62,364 bases of DNA from Coriobacteriia bacterium (lineage in GTDB: Bacteria > Actinomycetota > Coriobacteriia > Anaerosomatales > JAAXUF01), in NCBI GenBank assembly GCA_031292615.1, contig JARLGT010000122.1, positions 1 to 62,364 of the forward strand, in the 5' to 3' direction. Shown in pieces: positions 29,585 through 39,153 of this stretch. Every line of letters begins with the position of its first letter. The first letter of the stretch is position 1. The notes beneath the pieces are model-generated. The model ran no database searches. It saw nothing but the letters and a program-made list of their open reading frames with translations, and was not told where the DNA came from. The translations under genes and the position numbers were made by a program.

Positions 29585-30082
29585 ATGGCCAAGGACAACA
29601 GCTTCGACGTGGTCTCCGAAGTCGACCTGCAAGAGGTCGACAACGCCTATCAGCAGACACTCAAAGAGCTGGTCAACCGCTACGACCTGAAGGATTCGGG
29701 CGCCAAGATCGAGTTCTCGAAGGCCGACAAGAACTTCACCCTGCACGCGCCGAGTGACTTCGTCGCGAGCCAGGTCATCGACGTGCTCAATACCAAGCTG
29801 GTGCGCCGCAACATCGACCTGAAGGCGATCGAGTGGGGCAAGTCCGAGATGGCCAGCGGCGGCACGGTGCGCATCATCGGCAACATCGTCATGGGCATCG
29901 AGATCGAGCTGGCGCGCAAGATCAACAAGGATATTCGCGACCAGAAGTTCAAGTGCAAGGTCCAGATTGAGGGCGACAAGCTGCGCGTGTCCGCTCCCGT
30001 GCGCGACGTGCTGCAGGAGGTCATCGCCTTCCTCAAGAAGCAGGACTACGGCATTCCTCTGCAGTTCACGAACTACCGGTAG
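29585..30082 (+). CDS. yajQ: YajQ family nucleotide-binding protein (UPF0234)
   Basis: ATG 29585 after GAGGAGGG. SFDVVSEVDLQEVDNA N-terminus and PLQFTNYR C-terminus are typical of YajQ. Confidence 0.85.
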   Translation: MAKDNSFDVVSEVDLQEVDNAYQQTLKELVNRYDLKDSGAKIEFSKADKNFTLHAPSDFVASQVIDVLNTKLVRRNIDLKAIEWGKSEMASGGTVRIIGNIVMGIEIELARKINKDIRDQKFKCKVQIEGDKLRVSAPVRDVLQEVIAFLKKQDYGIPLQFTNYR

Positions 30083-30087
30083 CCGGC

Positions 30088-31392
30088 GTGACCGACTCCA
30101 CTCCCGCAATCGCATTCATCACCCTCGGCTGTCCCAAGAACGAGGTCGACTCGGACCGCATGCGTGCCGCAGTCGCCGGCTCGGCGTACATACTCGCCGA
30201 GGACCCGGTCGATGCCGATGTCGTAGTCGTCAACACGTGCTCATTCATCCGAGAGGCCACAGAGGAGTCGGTTGCCACCGTCCTTGAGGTCGCCTCGGAG
30301 TGGCTGCCGATGCGCGAGGGCCGCTCGCTGATCGTGGCCGGCTGCATGCCGTCGCGCTACGCGGGTGATCTTGCCACGGAGCTGCCTGAAGTCGCGGCCT
30401 TCCTCTCGGTCGCCGAGGAAGGCGCCCTGCTCGCGGTTCTCGAGCACGTCACCGGCGTACCTGCGCACGCTGGCGCGAAGGGGAGCGCGACGCGGACGGT
30501 CGAAGGTGCCTCGGCATACCTGCGCATCTCCGACGGCTGCCATCGGTCGTGCGCATACTGCGCGATTCCCTCGATTCGCGGCCCGTACGTCAGCGTGGGG
30601 CTGGCCGATATCGTCTCCGAGGCCACCGAGCTCGTCGCGCTCGGCGCGCGCGAGATCGTGCTGATCGGCCAAGACATCACCTCGTACGGCCACGACCGCG
30701 CGGACGGCGACACGCTCGCCGACGTGGTCAACGCCGTCGCCGCCGTTCCCGGCCTCGACTGGCTGCGCCTCATGTACATACAGCCGGACGGCCTGACGGA
30801 CGACCTGCTCGCCGCCATCGCCGAGAACGCCAACGTCTGCCACTACCTCGACATTCCGCTGCAGCATGCCTCCAGACGTGTGCTGCGCTCGATGGTACGC
30901 AGTGGTGACGGCGCCGCCTTCCTCAACCTGATCGCGCGCGTTCGAGCCGCGCTGCCCGACGTGGTTCTCCGCACCACCATCATCGCCGGCTTCCCCGGCG
31001 AGACCCGCGACGACGTGCGTGAGCTGCAGGAGTTCCTGCGCGCCGCGCGCTTCGACTACGTAGGAGTGTTCGCGTACTCTCCCGAGGATGGAACCCCCGC
31101 CGCCGAGCTGCCCGATCAAATCCCTGCACGCACCCGACGCGCTCGGGCTCAACGCCTGCGCGACATCGCTGACGAGATCGGCTTCGAGAAAGCCGCCGAG
31201 AAGGTCGGTATGATCGTGGACGTGCTCGTGCAGGGCGTCGACGAGGACGAGGGTGTCGTTGTCGGCCGCTGGCGCGGACAGGCCCCAGAGATCGACGGCT
31301 TGGTACTGCTTGCTGGAGGGGTGGCCGGACAGATAGTCTCGGCGACGCTGGTCGATTCCCTCGGCTACGACCTGGAAGGCGAGGTGCGCTGA
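30088..31392 (+). CDS. rimO: Ribosomal protein S12 methylthiotransferase
   Basis: N-terminal MTTase domain (ITLGCPKNEVDS), radical-SAM CHRSCAYC, and a C-terminal TRAM. Confidence 0.85.
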   Translation: MTDSTPAIAFITLGCPKNEVDSDRMRAAVAGSAYILAEDPVDADVVVVNTCSFIREATEESVATVLEVASEWLPMREGRSLIVAGCMPSRYAGDLATELPEVAAFLSVAEEGALLAVLEHVTGVPAHAGAKGSATRTVEGASAYLRISDGCHRSCAYCAIPSIRGPYVSVGLADIVSEATELVALGAREIVLIGQDITSYGHDRADGDTLADVVNAVAAVPGLDWLRLMYIQPDGLTDDLLAAIAENANVCHYLDIPLQHASRRVLRSMVRSGDGAAFLNLIARVRAALPDVVLRTTIIAGFPGETRDDVRELQEFLRAARFDYVGVFAYSPEDGTPAAELPDQIPARTRRARAQRLRDIADEIGFEKAAEKVGMIVDVLVQGVDEDEGVVVGRWRGQAPEIDGLVLLAGGVAGQIVSATLVDSLGYDLEGEVR

Positions 31393-31394
31393 AG

Positions 31395-32102
31395 TTGGCT
31401 CAGTCAGAAGGCGCGGGCGTGCGGCTGAACGCGGCCAACAGCGTCACGCTCGCTCGCATGATCTTCATACCGATCTTCCTTGTGGTCCTGCTTGCCGACT
31501 GGCCGCGCTGGTTCACGGCGCCGCAGATGCTCTACGCGGCTCGTCCCTGGATCGCGGCGGCCGTCTTCGCGATCCTTGCGGCCACCGATGGCGTGGACGG
31601 CTACCTCGCCCGCTCACGCAACGAGGTCACGACGTTTGGCAAGTTCCTCGATCCACTCGCCGACAAGCTGCTGGTCACCGCCGCGTTGCTGGCGCTCATC
31701 GAGATGCACGTCCTGCCCGCTTGGATCGCGCTTGTCATCATCTCGCGCGAGTTCATCGTCTCTGGCCTGCGCATGGTTGCCTCGGCCGAAGGAGCGGTCA
31801 TCGCGGCCTCCTGGTACGGCAAGATCAAGACCGTGCTGCAGATCGCTGCGGTGTTGCTCTTCATCGTCAAGGACAGCGCGACCTTCGCGAGCCTGCCGGC
31901 CGACGCGCAGGTCTACGTGCAGGTAGTCGCTTGGAGCGTGATGGGCGCGGCCGTGGTCATGACCATCATGTCGATGGTGGACTACTTCATGCACGCCCGT
32001 GACGTGCTGATAGGCCCGTGGTCCGGCGCCACGTCGCTTGCGAGCGACGAGCAGCTCGCCTGCGAGGCAGCGTCTAAGGAAACTGACGAGACCGTCGGCT
32101 AG
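31395..32102 (+). CDS. pgsA: CDP-diacylglycerol--glycerol-3-phosphate 3-phosphatidyltransferase
   Basis: CDP-alcohol phosphatidyltransferase motif DGVDGYLAR...GKFLDPLADK. Start is ambiguous (TTG 31395 or GTG 31419). Confidence 0.88.
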   Translation: MAQSEGAGVRLNAANSVTLARMIFIPIFLVVLLADWPRWFTAPQMLYAARPWIAAAVFAILAATDGVDGYLARSRNEVTTFGKFLDPLADKLLVTAALLALIEMHVLPAWIALVIISREFIVSGLRMVASAEGAVIAASWYGKIKTVLQIAAVLLFIVKDSATFASLPADAQVYVQVVAWSVMGAAVVMTIMSMVDYFMHARDVLIGPWSGATSLASDEQLACEAASKETDETVG

Positions 32103-32117
32103 CGGGAGGCTTCTGTT

Positions 32118-33356
32118 ATGCGCGAGCGCCAGAGCGCGGCTATCGTCACCATTGGCTCCGAGCTCGTCGAGGGCCTTCGAGTCGACACCAATACCGCCGA
32201 GATTGCGCGCGACATCTCGCGCTTCGGGTTTCGCGTGGACGAAGCAATCAGTGTCGGTGACGACGAGAACTTGCTTGCTGATACTCTGCGCCGGCTCGGG
32301 CGGGTGCACCAGATGGTCGTGGTGACCGGCGGGCTGGGCCCCACTCACGACGACGTCACGCGCGACGCGGCTGCGGCTGCACTCGGCATCCCGATGGAGG
32401 CCGACCCTTCGCTCACTGCGTTCCTCCAGCCGTTTCTCGCGCGCCACAACGACCCGCGCTCGGCGGCGCAAGTGCTCACGCAGGCGTTCGTGCTGCAGGG
32501 CGCCGAGGTCTTGCGACCAACCAATGGCACCGCGGCAGGGCAGGTCGTCCCCACGCCCGCCGGCTCGCTGGTATTGCTGCCAGGACCACCCCGCGAGATG
32601 CGCCCCATGCTCGCGCGCGTCATGGATCGCTTCACGCCCGACCGTGCTGAGCCGCGCGAACTGGGCGTGACCGGCCTACCCGAATCCGACGTGCAGCATG
32701 CGGCCCAGACCGCGCTGGCCGCGTTCGACGGGATCCAGCTCACCGTGCTCGCCAAGCCGGGCGACTGCCGCGTGATCCTGCTCGACGACGGCGCGGGGGA
32801 GGCCGCACTTGATCGCGCAGCCAACGCTGTGGCCGCTGAGATCGGTGCACCGTGCTACTCCACCGACGGCTCAACGCTCGCGGAGGCCATCGTCCGCGAA
32901 GCGACGGCCCGCAAGGTGACGCTCGCGGTTGCCGAGTCGTGTACGGGCGGCATGGTCGCGGCCGCACTGACTGACGTGCCGGGTTCCTCGGCGGTTTTTC
33001 TCGGCGGAGCTGTCACGTACTCGAACGCTGCCAAATCGCGACTCTTGGCCGTCGATCCTGAGGACTTGAAGTTCTTCGGAGCCGTGAGTCGCGAAGTGGC
33101 GCAACAGATGGCTGAGGGAGCCCTGGACGCGTTCGGTGCCGATGTCGCCGTCTCCGTGACGGGAATCGCCGGTCCTGACGGCGGGACCGCCGACAAGCCA
33201 GTCGGAACCGTGTGGTTCGGCGTCGCGTCGCGCATCGGCGAGGGCGCTGACGCCCAGGCTTCAGTCGCATGGACGGGGGCGAGCCGAGAGGCGATTCGCG
33301 CGCGCGCCGCCTCGTCGGCGCTGAACCTGATTCGCCGAGAGGTTCTCAAGGCGTGA
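32118..33356 (+). CDS. cinA: Competence/damage-inducible protein CinA (MoCF-like domain + nicotinamide-nucleotide amidase domain)
   Basis: GGGAGG precedes the ATG. N-terminal IVTIGSELVEG...VVVTGGLGPTHDD, C-terminal AESCTGG motif. Confidence 0.9.
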   Translation: MRERQSAAIVTIGSELVEGLRVDTNTAEIARDISRFGFRVDEAISVGDDENLLADTLRRLGRVHQMVVVTGGLGPTHDDVTRDAAAAALGIPMEADPSLTAFLQPFLARHNDPRSAAQVLTQAFVLQGAEVLRPTNGTAAGQVVPTPAGSLVLLPGPPREMRPMLARVMDRFTPDRAEPRELGVTGLPESDVQHAAQTALAAFDGIQLTVLAKPGDCRVILLDDGAGEAALDRAANAVAAEIGAPCYSTDGSTLAEAIVREATARKVTLAVAESCTGGMVAAALTDVPGSSAVFLGGAVTYSNAAKSRLLAVDPEDLKFFGAVSREVAQQMAEGALDAFGADVAVSVTGIAGPDGGTADKPVGTVWFGVASRIGEGADAQASVAWTGASREAIRARAASSALNLIRREVLKA

Positions 33357-33955
33357 GTAAGACGCGCTGTTTCGTGGCCGTCGAGCTGCCTGACGTGGTC
33401 CGCGTGCGTCTGGACCAGGCCCGCATCGCGCTCGTCGCCCAAGCGCCCGAGTGGGGCGCCGAGAAGTGGGTCGCTTTGCACAACGTGCACCTCACGCTTA
33501 AGTTCCTCGGCTCGCTTGGCGAGGACGACATGTTGCGGATGCGCCGCAGCTTGGCCGAGGAGCTTGCGGGAGTGCTCGCCTTCTCGGTGGACGTTACGGG
33601 TCTCGATGCAGTGCCGAGGACGGCTCGCTGCTCAATGCTGTGGGCACGTCTCGGCGACCCCACCGCGCGATGCGCCAATCTCGCGTCTCGCGTCGAAGCC
33701 GCCGCGGTGGCCTGCGGACTGCCTCGCGAAGATCGCCCGTTTGCGCCGCACGTTACGCTCGCGCGTGCGCGGAAGCCTCGGCCACTCGCAACTGACGCCT
33801 TGACCAGCGCTGATGCCGTCCTGAGACACCCACCGCTTTCGATGTCAGTGCTGTCCGCTACGCTCTTTGCGAGCACGTTGACACGTACCGGACCGGTTTA
33901 CGAGACCGTTGAATCGTGGGCCTTCCGGGATGAGACGGTCGGCGCGCCGGAATAG
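33353..33955 (+). CDS. thpR: RNA 2',3'-cyclic phosphodiesterase (2H family, ThpR/LigT)
   Basis: GTG 33353 overlapping the cinA TGA. Two 2H motifs, HLTLKFLG and HVTLARA. Confidence 0.85.
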   Translation: MSKTRCFVAVELPDVVRVRLDQARIALVAQAPEWGAEKWVALHNVHLTLKFLGSLGEDDMLRMRRSLAEELAGVLAFSVDVTGLDAVPRTARCSMLWARLGDPTARCANLASRVEAAAVACGLPREDRPFAPHVTLARARKPRPLATDALTSADAVLRHPPLSMSVLSATLFASTLTRTGPVYETVESWAFRDETVGAPE

Positions 33956-33977
33956 CCAGGCGGACGTATCGTTCGCG

Positions 33978-34006
33978 TTGACATCGAACAGGTGTTCGTG
34001 TAGGGT
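33978..34006 (+). promoter_or_regulatory. recA promoter: -35 TTGACA (33978-33983), 17-nt spacer, -10 TAGGGT (34001-34006)
   Basis: Read directly. Canonical -35, exact 17-nt spacing, about 50 nt upstream of the recA ATG. Confidence 0.7.
33985..33998. promoter_or_regulatory. LexA (Cheo-type) SOS box CGAACAGGTGTTCG inside the recA promoter spacer
   Basis: Perfect CGAAC-N4-GTTCG palindrome between the -35 and -10 elements. Confidence 0.88.
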
Positions 34007-34054
34007 CGAATCGCCCCGAGGGGACTCCCGGCACCGGATAGGAGCGAGTGAGGC

Positions 34055-35125
34055 ATGGACCGCGAGAAGGAAAAGATACTCGGCGTTACGAAGGAAGCAA
34101 TCGAGAAGAAGTTCGGCAAGGGGTCGCTCATGAAGTTGGGCGAGCACGCCGCAACCGACTCGGTCGCTGCGATTCCCACCGGCTCGCTCGCTTTGGACGC
34201 TGCGCTCGGTATCGGCGGCGTCCCACGCGGTCGAATCGTCGAGATCTACGGCCCGGAGTCGTCGGGCAAGACAACCTTGGCGCTGCAGATCGTCGCCGAG
34301 GCACAGGCGGCCGGCGGCGTTGCGGCGTTCATCGACGCCGAACACGCGCTCGACCCGAGCTACGCGTCGCGCCTGGGTGTCGACATCGACGAGATTCTGA
34401 TCTCGCAGCCTGACACAGGTGAGCAGGCGCTGGAGATCTGCGACATGCTCATTCGCAGCGGCGCCATCGACGTCGTCGTCATCGACTCGGTCGCCGCGCT
34501 CGTGCGCCGCGCAGAACTCGAGGGCGAGATCGGCGACACAACCGTCGGCCTGCAGGCCCGGCTGATGAGCCAGGCACTGCGCAAGCTCGCAGGCTCGCTA
34601 AACAACACCAACACCACGTGCATCTTCATCAACCAGCTGCGCGAGAAGATCGGCGTCATGTTCGGCAGCCCGGAGACCACGAGCGGCGGCCGTGCGTTGA
34701 AGTTCTACGCCACGGTACGCATCGACGTGCGCCGCATCGACTCGATCAAGCAGGGTACCGAGATCGTCGGCAACCGCGTCCGTGCCAAGGTCGTCAAGAA
34801 CAAGGTCGCGGCGCCGTTCCGCATGGCCGAGTTCGACCTGATGTATGGAACCGGCATCAGCAAGGAAGGCTCCGTGCTCGACCTCGGCGTCGAAGAGGGC
34901 ATCGTCGCCAAGTCCGGAGCCTGGTACACGTACGGCGCCGAGCGACTCGGACAGGGCCGCGAGGCCGCCAAGGACTTCCTCAGGGAGAACCCCGGCCTGC
35001 GCAACGAGATCGAGACAAAGGTCCGCCTGGAGCTCGGCTTGCCTGTGGTCGTTGCGGCCGCGCCCGTCGATGAGCCCGCAGCAAAGAAGGCAGCCGACAA
35101 GACGCCGGCCGCCGTCGCAGAGTAG
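34055..35125 (+). CDS. recA: Recombinase A
   Basis: Walker [32 protein letters not shown] loop. SOS box in the promoter. Confidence 0.98.
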   Translation: MDREKEKILGVTKEAIEKKFGKGSLMKLGEHAATDSVAAIPTGSLALDAALGIGGVPRGRIVEIYGPESSGKTTLALQIVAEAQAAGGVAAFIDAEHALDPSYASRLGVDIDEILISQPDTGEQALEICDMLIRSGAIDVVVIDSVAALVRRAELEGEIGDTTVGLQARLMSQALRKLAGSLNNTNTTCIFINQLREKIGVMFGSPETTSGGRALKFYATVRIDVRRIDSIKQGTEIVGNRVRAKVVKNKVAAPFRMAEFDLMYGTGISKEGSVLDLGVEEGIVAKSGAWYTYGAERLGQGREAAKDFLRENPGLRNEIETKVRLELGLPVVVAAAPVDEPAAKKAADKTPAAVAE

Positions 35126-35135
35126 CGACTCGGGC

Positions 35136-35771
35136 ATGTGCCCGCTGATCGTGCGCATCGAGGACGCCGGGCCTGACCGCAAGGCCCGGCGTCTCGTGTT
35201 CGATGATGGCTCCGAGTCGAGACTGACTTCGGCGGCGGCCGTCAAGTCCCTGGGGATAGCGGAGGGCCTCTCGGTCAGCGGCTCGATACTCGAAGCCTCT
35301 TTGGCGGAGGTGGAGCTGCCACTCGCCAAGGAACGCGCCCTGATGCTGCTTGGGTATCGAGATCGCTCCCGCGCCGAGCTCGCTCGCAAGCTGCACGATG
35401 CCGGGTACCCAACTGCGGTCTCGGCCCAGGTTGTCGAGCGCTTCGTCGAGATCGAGCTTGTTGACGACGAGCGGTTTGCGGCCGCGTGGGTCAGGACGCG
35501 CGCCGCGGCCGGGTACGGCGCCCGGCGAATCGGCCAGGAGCTTGCGCAGAAGGGGATAGACCCGGACACCGCCGCTGCGGCACTGGAGCCGATTGCCGGG
35601 AGCGACGAGCAGCTCGCAAGGGCCCGAGCCGTGCTTCGAGAGCGGGTGCCGGCTGACCGCAAGGAGCGTGACAAGTTCGTGCGCAGGCTGGTGACCAAAG
35701 GGTTCAGCCTTCAGACGGCCATTCAAGCGCTCGAGACAGCCTCGGATGACGAGGAAGACCCCGACGCCTAA
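35136..35771 (+). CDS. recX: RecA regulator RecX
   Basis: ATG 35136, 10 nt after the recA stop. Repeated three-helix pattern (LLGYRDRSRAELARKL...). Double TAA stop. Confidence 0.85.
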   Translation: MCPLIVRIEDAGPDRKARRLVFDDGSESRLTSAAAVKSLGIAEGLSVSGSILEASLAEVELPLAKERALMLLGYRDRSRAELARKLHDAGYPTAVSAQVVERFVEIELVDDERFAAAWVRTRAAAGYGARRIGQELAQKGIDPDTAAAALEPIAGSDEQLARARAVLRERVPADRKERDKFVRRLVTKGFSLQTAIQALETASDDEEDPDA

Positions 35772-35965
35772 TAACCGTTCGCCCCGACATATCACCATTC
35801 GTCGGAAACCTGGCCGACGTTGCCCGCCGTTTTGGGACACGGCCAACGCGCTCAACCTGCGCGGCACCTCCGTCAGGGGCCCCTCCGTCGGCCGTGCGAC
35901 GCGCACCCTGACCTTGACGGTTATCCCTGCTCACGGGTACGATTCGCGATGGCATCAATGATCCT

Positions 35966-35990
35966 CCGCCGTGTGAATTCGGCGGTTTCT
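35966..35990 (+). terminator. Terminator-like hairpin about 195 nt downstream of recX
   Basis: CCGCCG-TGTGAATT-CGGCGG followed by TTTCT. Confidence 0.6.
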
Positions 35991-36084
35991 ATGTAGCACG
36001 CAAAGACGCTCGGACAGGAAGGCCGCAAGGTCATTTCTGGCGTATCCGAGCATATCCTGGCCAAACATAGGCGGACTCATCGAT

Positions 36085-36118
36085 GCCGGACGCTCTGTCG
36101 TCCGGCTTTCCTCTTCTC
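36085..36118 (+). terminator. Terminator/attenuator-like hairpin in the rny 5' leader
   Basis: GCCGGACG-CTCTGT-CGTCCGGC followed by TTTCCTCTTCTC. Ends about 70 nt before the rny start. Confidence 0.5.
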
Positions 36119-36185
36119 GGGGACTCCCTTCGACAGCAGGCGTCGTCCGACGACATAACAGCAGCGAGTCGAAAGGAGGGCGAAG

Positions 36186-37721
36186 TTGACTGGGACAATC
36201 CTGGGCGCGCTTGTCGCGTTGATAATCGGCATCGCCCTCGGCTATGCAATCAACCGCTACCTGATCAAGGATCGTACCGCGCGCGCTGCCGACGAGGCAG
36301 AACGTCTGGTTCGAGATGCGGAAAAGCAGGCCGAGACTGTCAAGAAAGAGGCATTGCTCGAAGCGAAGGACGAGATCCTGCGCTCACGCCAGGAGGCCGA
36401 GGCTGACAACAAGGAGCGTCGCAAGGAGATTCAGGTTCTCGAGTCGAGGATGTCAGAGCGTGAGGCGTCCATCGACCGCCGGGCCGAGTCGCTCGACAAG
36501 CGCGAGCACGCACTTTCCTCGCAGCAGGGCCAGATCGCCAAGGCCGAGAAGGACCTCGAGGACCTGATCGCCGAGGAGCGCGACCGCTTGGAGCATCTGG
36601 CGAGCATGACTGCGGACCAGGCACGTGAGGAGCTGCTGAACCGCGTCCGCGAGGATGTCAGCCGTGACGCCGCCGCTATCATTCGCGAATCGGAGGCCCG
36701 CGCCCGCGAGGAGGCCGACAAGCGCGCGCGCAACATCGTCGGCATCGCCATTCAGCGGGTGGCGGCAGATCACACCGCCGAGTCGACCGTGTCGGTCGTT
36801 CACATCCCGAGCGACGACATGAAGGGACGCATCATCGGCCGAGAGGGTCGCAACATCCGCGCGTTCGAACAGATGACCGGCATCAACCTGATCATCGACG
36901 ACACTCCCGAGGCCGTCATTCTCTCGAGCTTCGACCCGGTGCGTCGCGAGATCGGGCGCATCACGCTCGAGACTCTCATCGCCGACGGCCGTATCCACCC
37001 GGCCCGAATCGAAGAGATGTTCCAGAAGGCCGAGCAGCTCGTCACTCAGCAGATCCACGAAGCTGGCGAGCAGGCGGCGTTCGACAGCGGCATCCACGGG
37101 CTGCACCCTGAGCTCATCCGCACCCTCGGCCGCTTGAAGTTCCGCACCAGCTATGGCCAAAACGTCCTGAAGCACTCGCTTGAGGTCAGCTACCTCGCGG
37201 GCGTGATGGCTTCAGAGCTGGGCGTCGATGTCCAGTTGGCCAAGCGCGCAGGCCTGCTGCACGACCTCGGCAAGGCGATCGACCACGATGTCGAGGGACC
37301 GCACGCACTCATCGGCGCCGATCTTGCGCGCCGCATGAACGAACCCAAGGCCGTCGTTCACGCCATTGAGGCGCACCATGGCGACGTTGAGCCCAACACG
37401 GTCGAGGCCGTGCTCGTGCAGGCTGGCGACGCAATCTCGGCCGGTCGTCCCGGTGCCCGCCGAGAGACCCTCGAAAGCTACATCAAGCGGCTCGAGAAGC
37501 TTGAGGCCGTTGCCAACTCGCACAAGGGCGTCGAGAAGACGTATGCGATGCAGGCGGGCCGCGAGATCCGCGTCATGGTCAAGCCCGAGCAGATCTCGGA
37601 CGCTGATGCCACGGTTCTGGCTCGCGACATCGCCAAGCAGATCGAGGACGAGCTCGAGTACCCCGGCCAGATCAAGGTCATGGTCATCCGCGAGAGCCGC
37701 TCGGTCGACTACGCGAAGTAG
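36186..37721 (+). CDS. rny: Ribonuclease Y
   Basis: TTG 36186 after AAGGAGGG. N-terminal TM helix, long coiled coil, KH ([15 protein letters not shown]), HD domain ([11 protein letters not shown]). Strong terminator follows. Confidence 0.95.
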   Translation: MTGTILGALVALIIGIALGYAINRYLIKDRTARAADEAERLVRDAEKQAETVKKEALLEAKDEILRSRQEAEADNKERRKEIQVLESRMSEREASIDRRAESLDKREHALSSQQGQIAKAEKDLEDLIAEERDRLEHLASMTADQAREELLNRVREDVSRDAAAIIRESEARAREEADKRARNIVGIAIQRVAADHTAESTVSVVHIPSDDMKGRIIGREGRNIRAFEQMTGINLIIDDTPEAVILSSFDPVRREIGRITLETLIADGRIHPARIEEMFQKAEQLVTQQIHEAGEQAAFDSGIHGLHPELIRTLGRLKFRTSYGQNVLKHSLEVSYLAGVMASELGVDVQLAKRAGLLHDLGKAIDHDVEGPHALIGADLARRMNEPKAVVHAIEAHHGDVEPNTVEAVLVQAGDAISAGRPGARRETLESYIKRLEKLEAVANSHKGVEKTYAMQAGREIRVMVKPEQISDADATVLARDIAKQIEDELEYPGQIKVMVIRESRSVDYAK

Positions 37722-37743
37722 CTCCAGGCCACATCAAACCGCC

Positions 37744-37782
37744 GAGAAGGCCTGCCGAGTCTGGCAGGCCTTCTCTTCATCT
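37744..37782 (+). terminator. Intrinsic terminator after rny
   Basis: 13-bp perfect stem GAGAAGGCCTGCC / GGCAGGCCTTCTC, then TTCATCT. Confidence 0.85.
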
Positions 37783-37923
37783 CTTGCGCGGGAGCCTCGC
37801 GCATACCATCGGCGCGCCGAGCGGCGGCACGGAGCTCGGGGGCGCCGGGCCCGAGGTGAGCGTCGAAGGCGGGCACGACGAATGCCCTATTGCTCTACCC
37901 TCCCGCGACGGATGCGCTGCCTG

Positions 37924-37929
37924 TAGACT
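37924..37929 (+). promoter_or_regulatory. Candidate -10 (TAGACT) for a leaderless transcript of the GHKL ATPase gene
   Basis: TANNNT hexamer 7 nt upstream of the ATG, with no SD. The rny terminator lies 150 nt upstream. Confidence 0.3.
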
Positions 37930-37936
37930 GCAACGC

Positions 37937-39016
37937 ATGACTTCTTCAGACGAGCTTCTCAACTTCGTAAGCGCTGTCTCCGGCGACACCTTCCTCAAGG
38001 TCGAGGAGAACTTCGGTGACGGCTACGTGCGCCTCAAGATCTCCGAGGCCGAGCGTCGACAGGCCAAGCACGACATCCGCAGCGCCGAGGACATCATCGT
38101 CGAGCTGCTGCGTAACTCTCGTGACGCCCATGCCCGTCGCATCTTCGTGGCGTGTGGCCGAGAAGGCGACACCCGAACGCTTGCCGTCGTGGATGACGGC
38201 GTGGGCGTGCCGCGAGCCATGGCCGAGAGGGTCTTCGAACCGCGAGTTACCAGCAAACTCGATTCGATGGTGATGGATCAGTGGGGCGTGCACGGCCGAG
38301 GCATGGCGCTTTTCTCCATCCGCAGTAACGCTGCAAGCGCCCGTATCGCGGCTTCGGACACCCACAAGGGCGCGTCGGTAGTGGTGGAGACCGACTGCAA
38401 GCAGCTTTCCGAGCGCGTCGACCAGTCCACTTGGCCTACAGTCGAACGAGACGAGAACGGCGCGTGGAAGGTGGTTCGCGGCCCTCACAACATCGTGCGT
38501 CAAGTCGCCGAGTTTGCCGTGGAGCATCCGGGCATCGAGCTGTACTTTGGTTCGGTGACTGAAGTCGTGGCCACGATGTTTGTCACCGCGCGACGCGAGC
38601 TCGACGCCTCCGAGCTTCTCTTCTGCGACGACTTGGCCAAGCTGCCAGTCTGGCTGCGCTGCGGCGCTGCCTCGGACGCCGGAGAGCTTGCCGACGTCGC
38701 CGAGGAGATCGGACTGACCATCAGCGAGCGCACCGCGCACCGCGTGCTGGCCTCCGACATAGCGCCGCTGGTCTCGGTGCTCGACACTCTCACTCACGCC
38801 GAGCAGCCCTCGGTCATCTCGGCGGGGCCGGACATCTACAAAGACCGACGTGGACTGAAGATCGACCAGCGAGATCTCTCGGCCTTCCGCGCCGACTTGG
38901 AAAAGGCGTTCGATTCGATCGCTGAGCGCTACTACCTGCACCTAAGATCCGAGCCTAAGATCAAGGTGGGCAAGGACGATATTCGTGTACGCTTCGAGGT
39001 CGAGAAAGAGGACTGA
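37937..39016 (+). CDS. Orphan GHKL (histidine-kinase-like) ATPase domain protein, function unknown
   Basis: N box ELLRNSRDAH, G1 DDGVGV, G2 GVHGRGMAL, all within the first 130 aa. About 230 further aa have no recognisable motif. No SD, but TAGACT lies 7 nt upstream of the ATG. Codons 37784-37936 of the track ORF lose GC3 bias near the ATG. Confidence 0.7.
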   Translation: MTSSDELLNFVSAVSGDTFLKVEENFGDGYVRLKISEAERRQAKHDIRSAEDIIVELLRNSRDAHARRIFVACGREGDTRTLAVVDDGVGVPRAMAERVFEPRVTSKLDSMVMDQWGVHGRGMALFSIRSNAASARIAASDTHKGASVVVETDCKQLSERVDQSTWPTVERDENGAWKVVRGPHNIVRQVAEFAVEHPGIELYFGSVTEVVATMFVTARRELDASELLFCDDLAKLPVWLRCGAASDAGELADVAEEIGLTISERTAHRVLASDIAPLVSVLDTLTHAEQPSVISAGPDIYKDRRGLKIDQRDLSAFRADLEKAFDSIAERYYLHLRSEPKIKVGKDDIRVRFEVEKED

Positions 39017-39153
39017 CGCTCGAGACGGCACCACGCTATACTTATCGACGCACCTTTTTGCAGACGCACCGCTCTGGTAGCAACGATCACCCTAGAAACG
39101 TAGACGCCGCAGCAACCTGCGGCTCGCACCACGCACATCCCAGGGGAGGGACC

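Noticed and set aside
35772-35990. 6S RNA or SRP RNA in the recX-rny spacer
   Set aside because: I could not find the SRP domain IV motif (GGAA tetraloop context) or the long end-to-end pairing with a central bubble expected for 6S RNA. It is kept only as an unclassified sRNA/small-ORF candidate.
37784-37936. N-terminal extension of the GHKL ATPase ORF, including a CPIALPSRDGCAAC stretch that might look like a metal site
   Set aside because: The extension would start inside the tail of the rny terminator. GC3 bias decays over the last 17 codons before ATG 37937, and the conserved-looking N-terminus begins at that ATG. GTG 37856 cannot be fully excluded.
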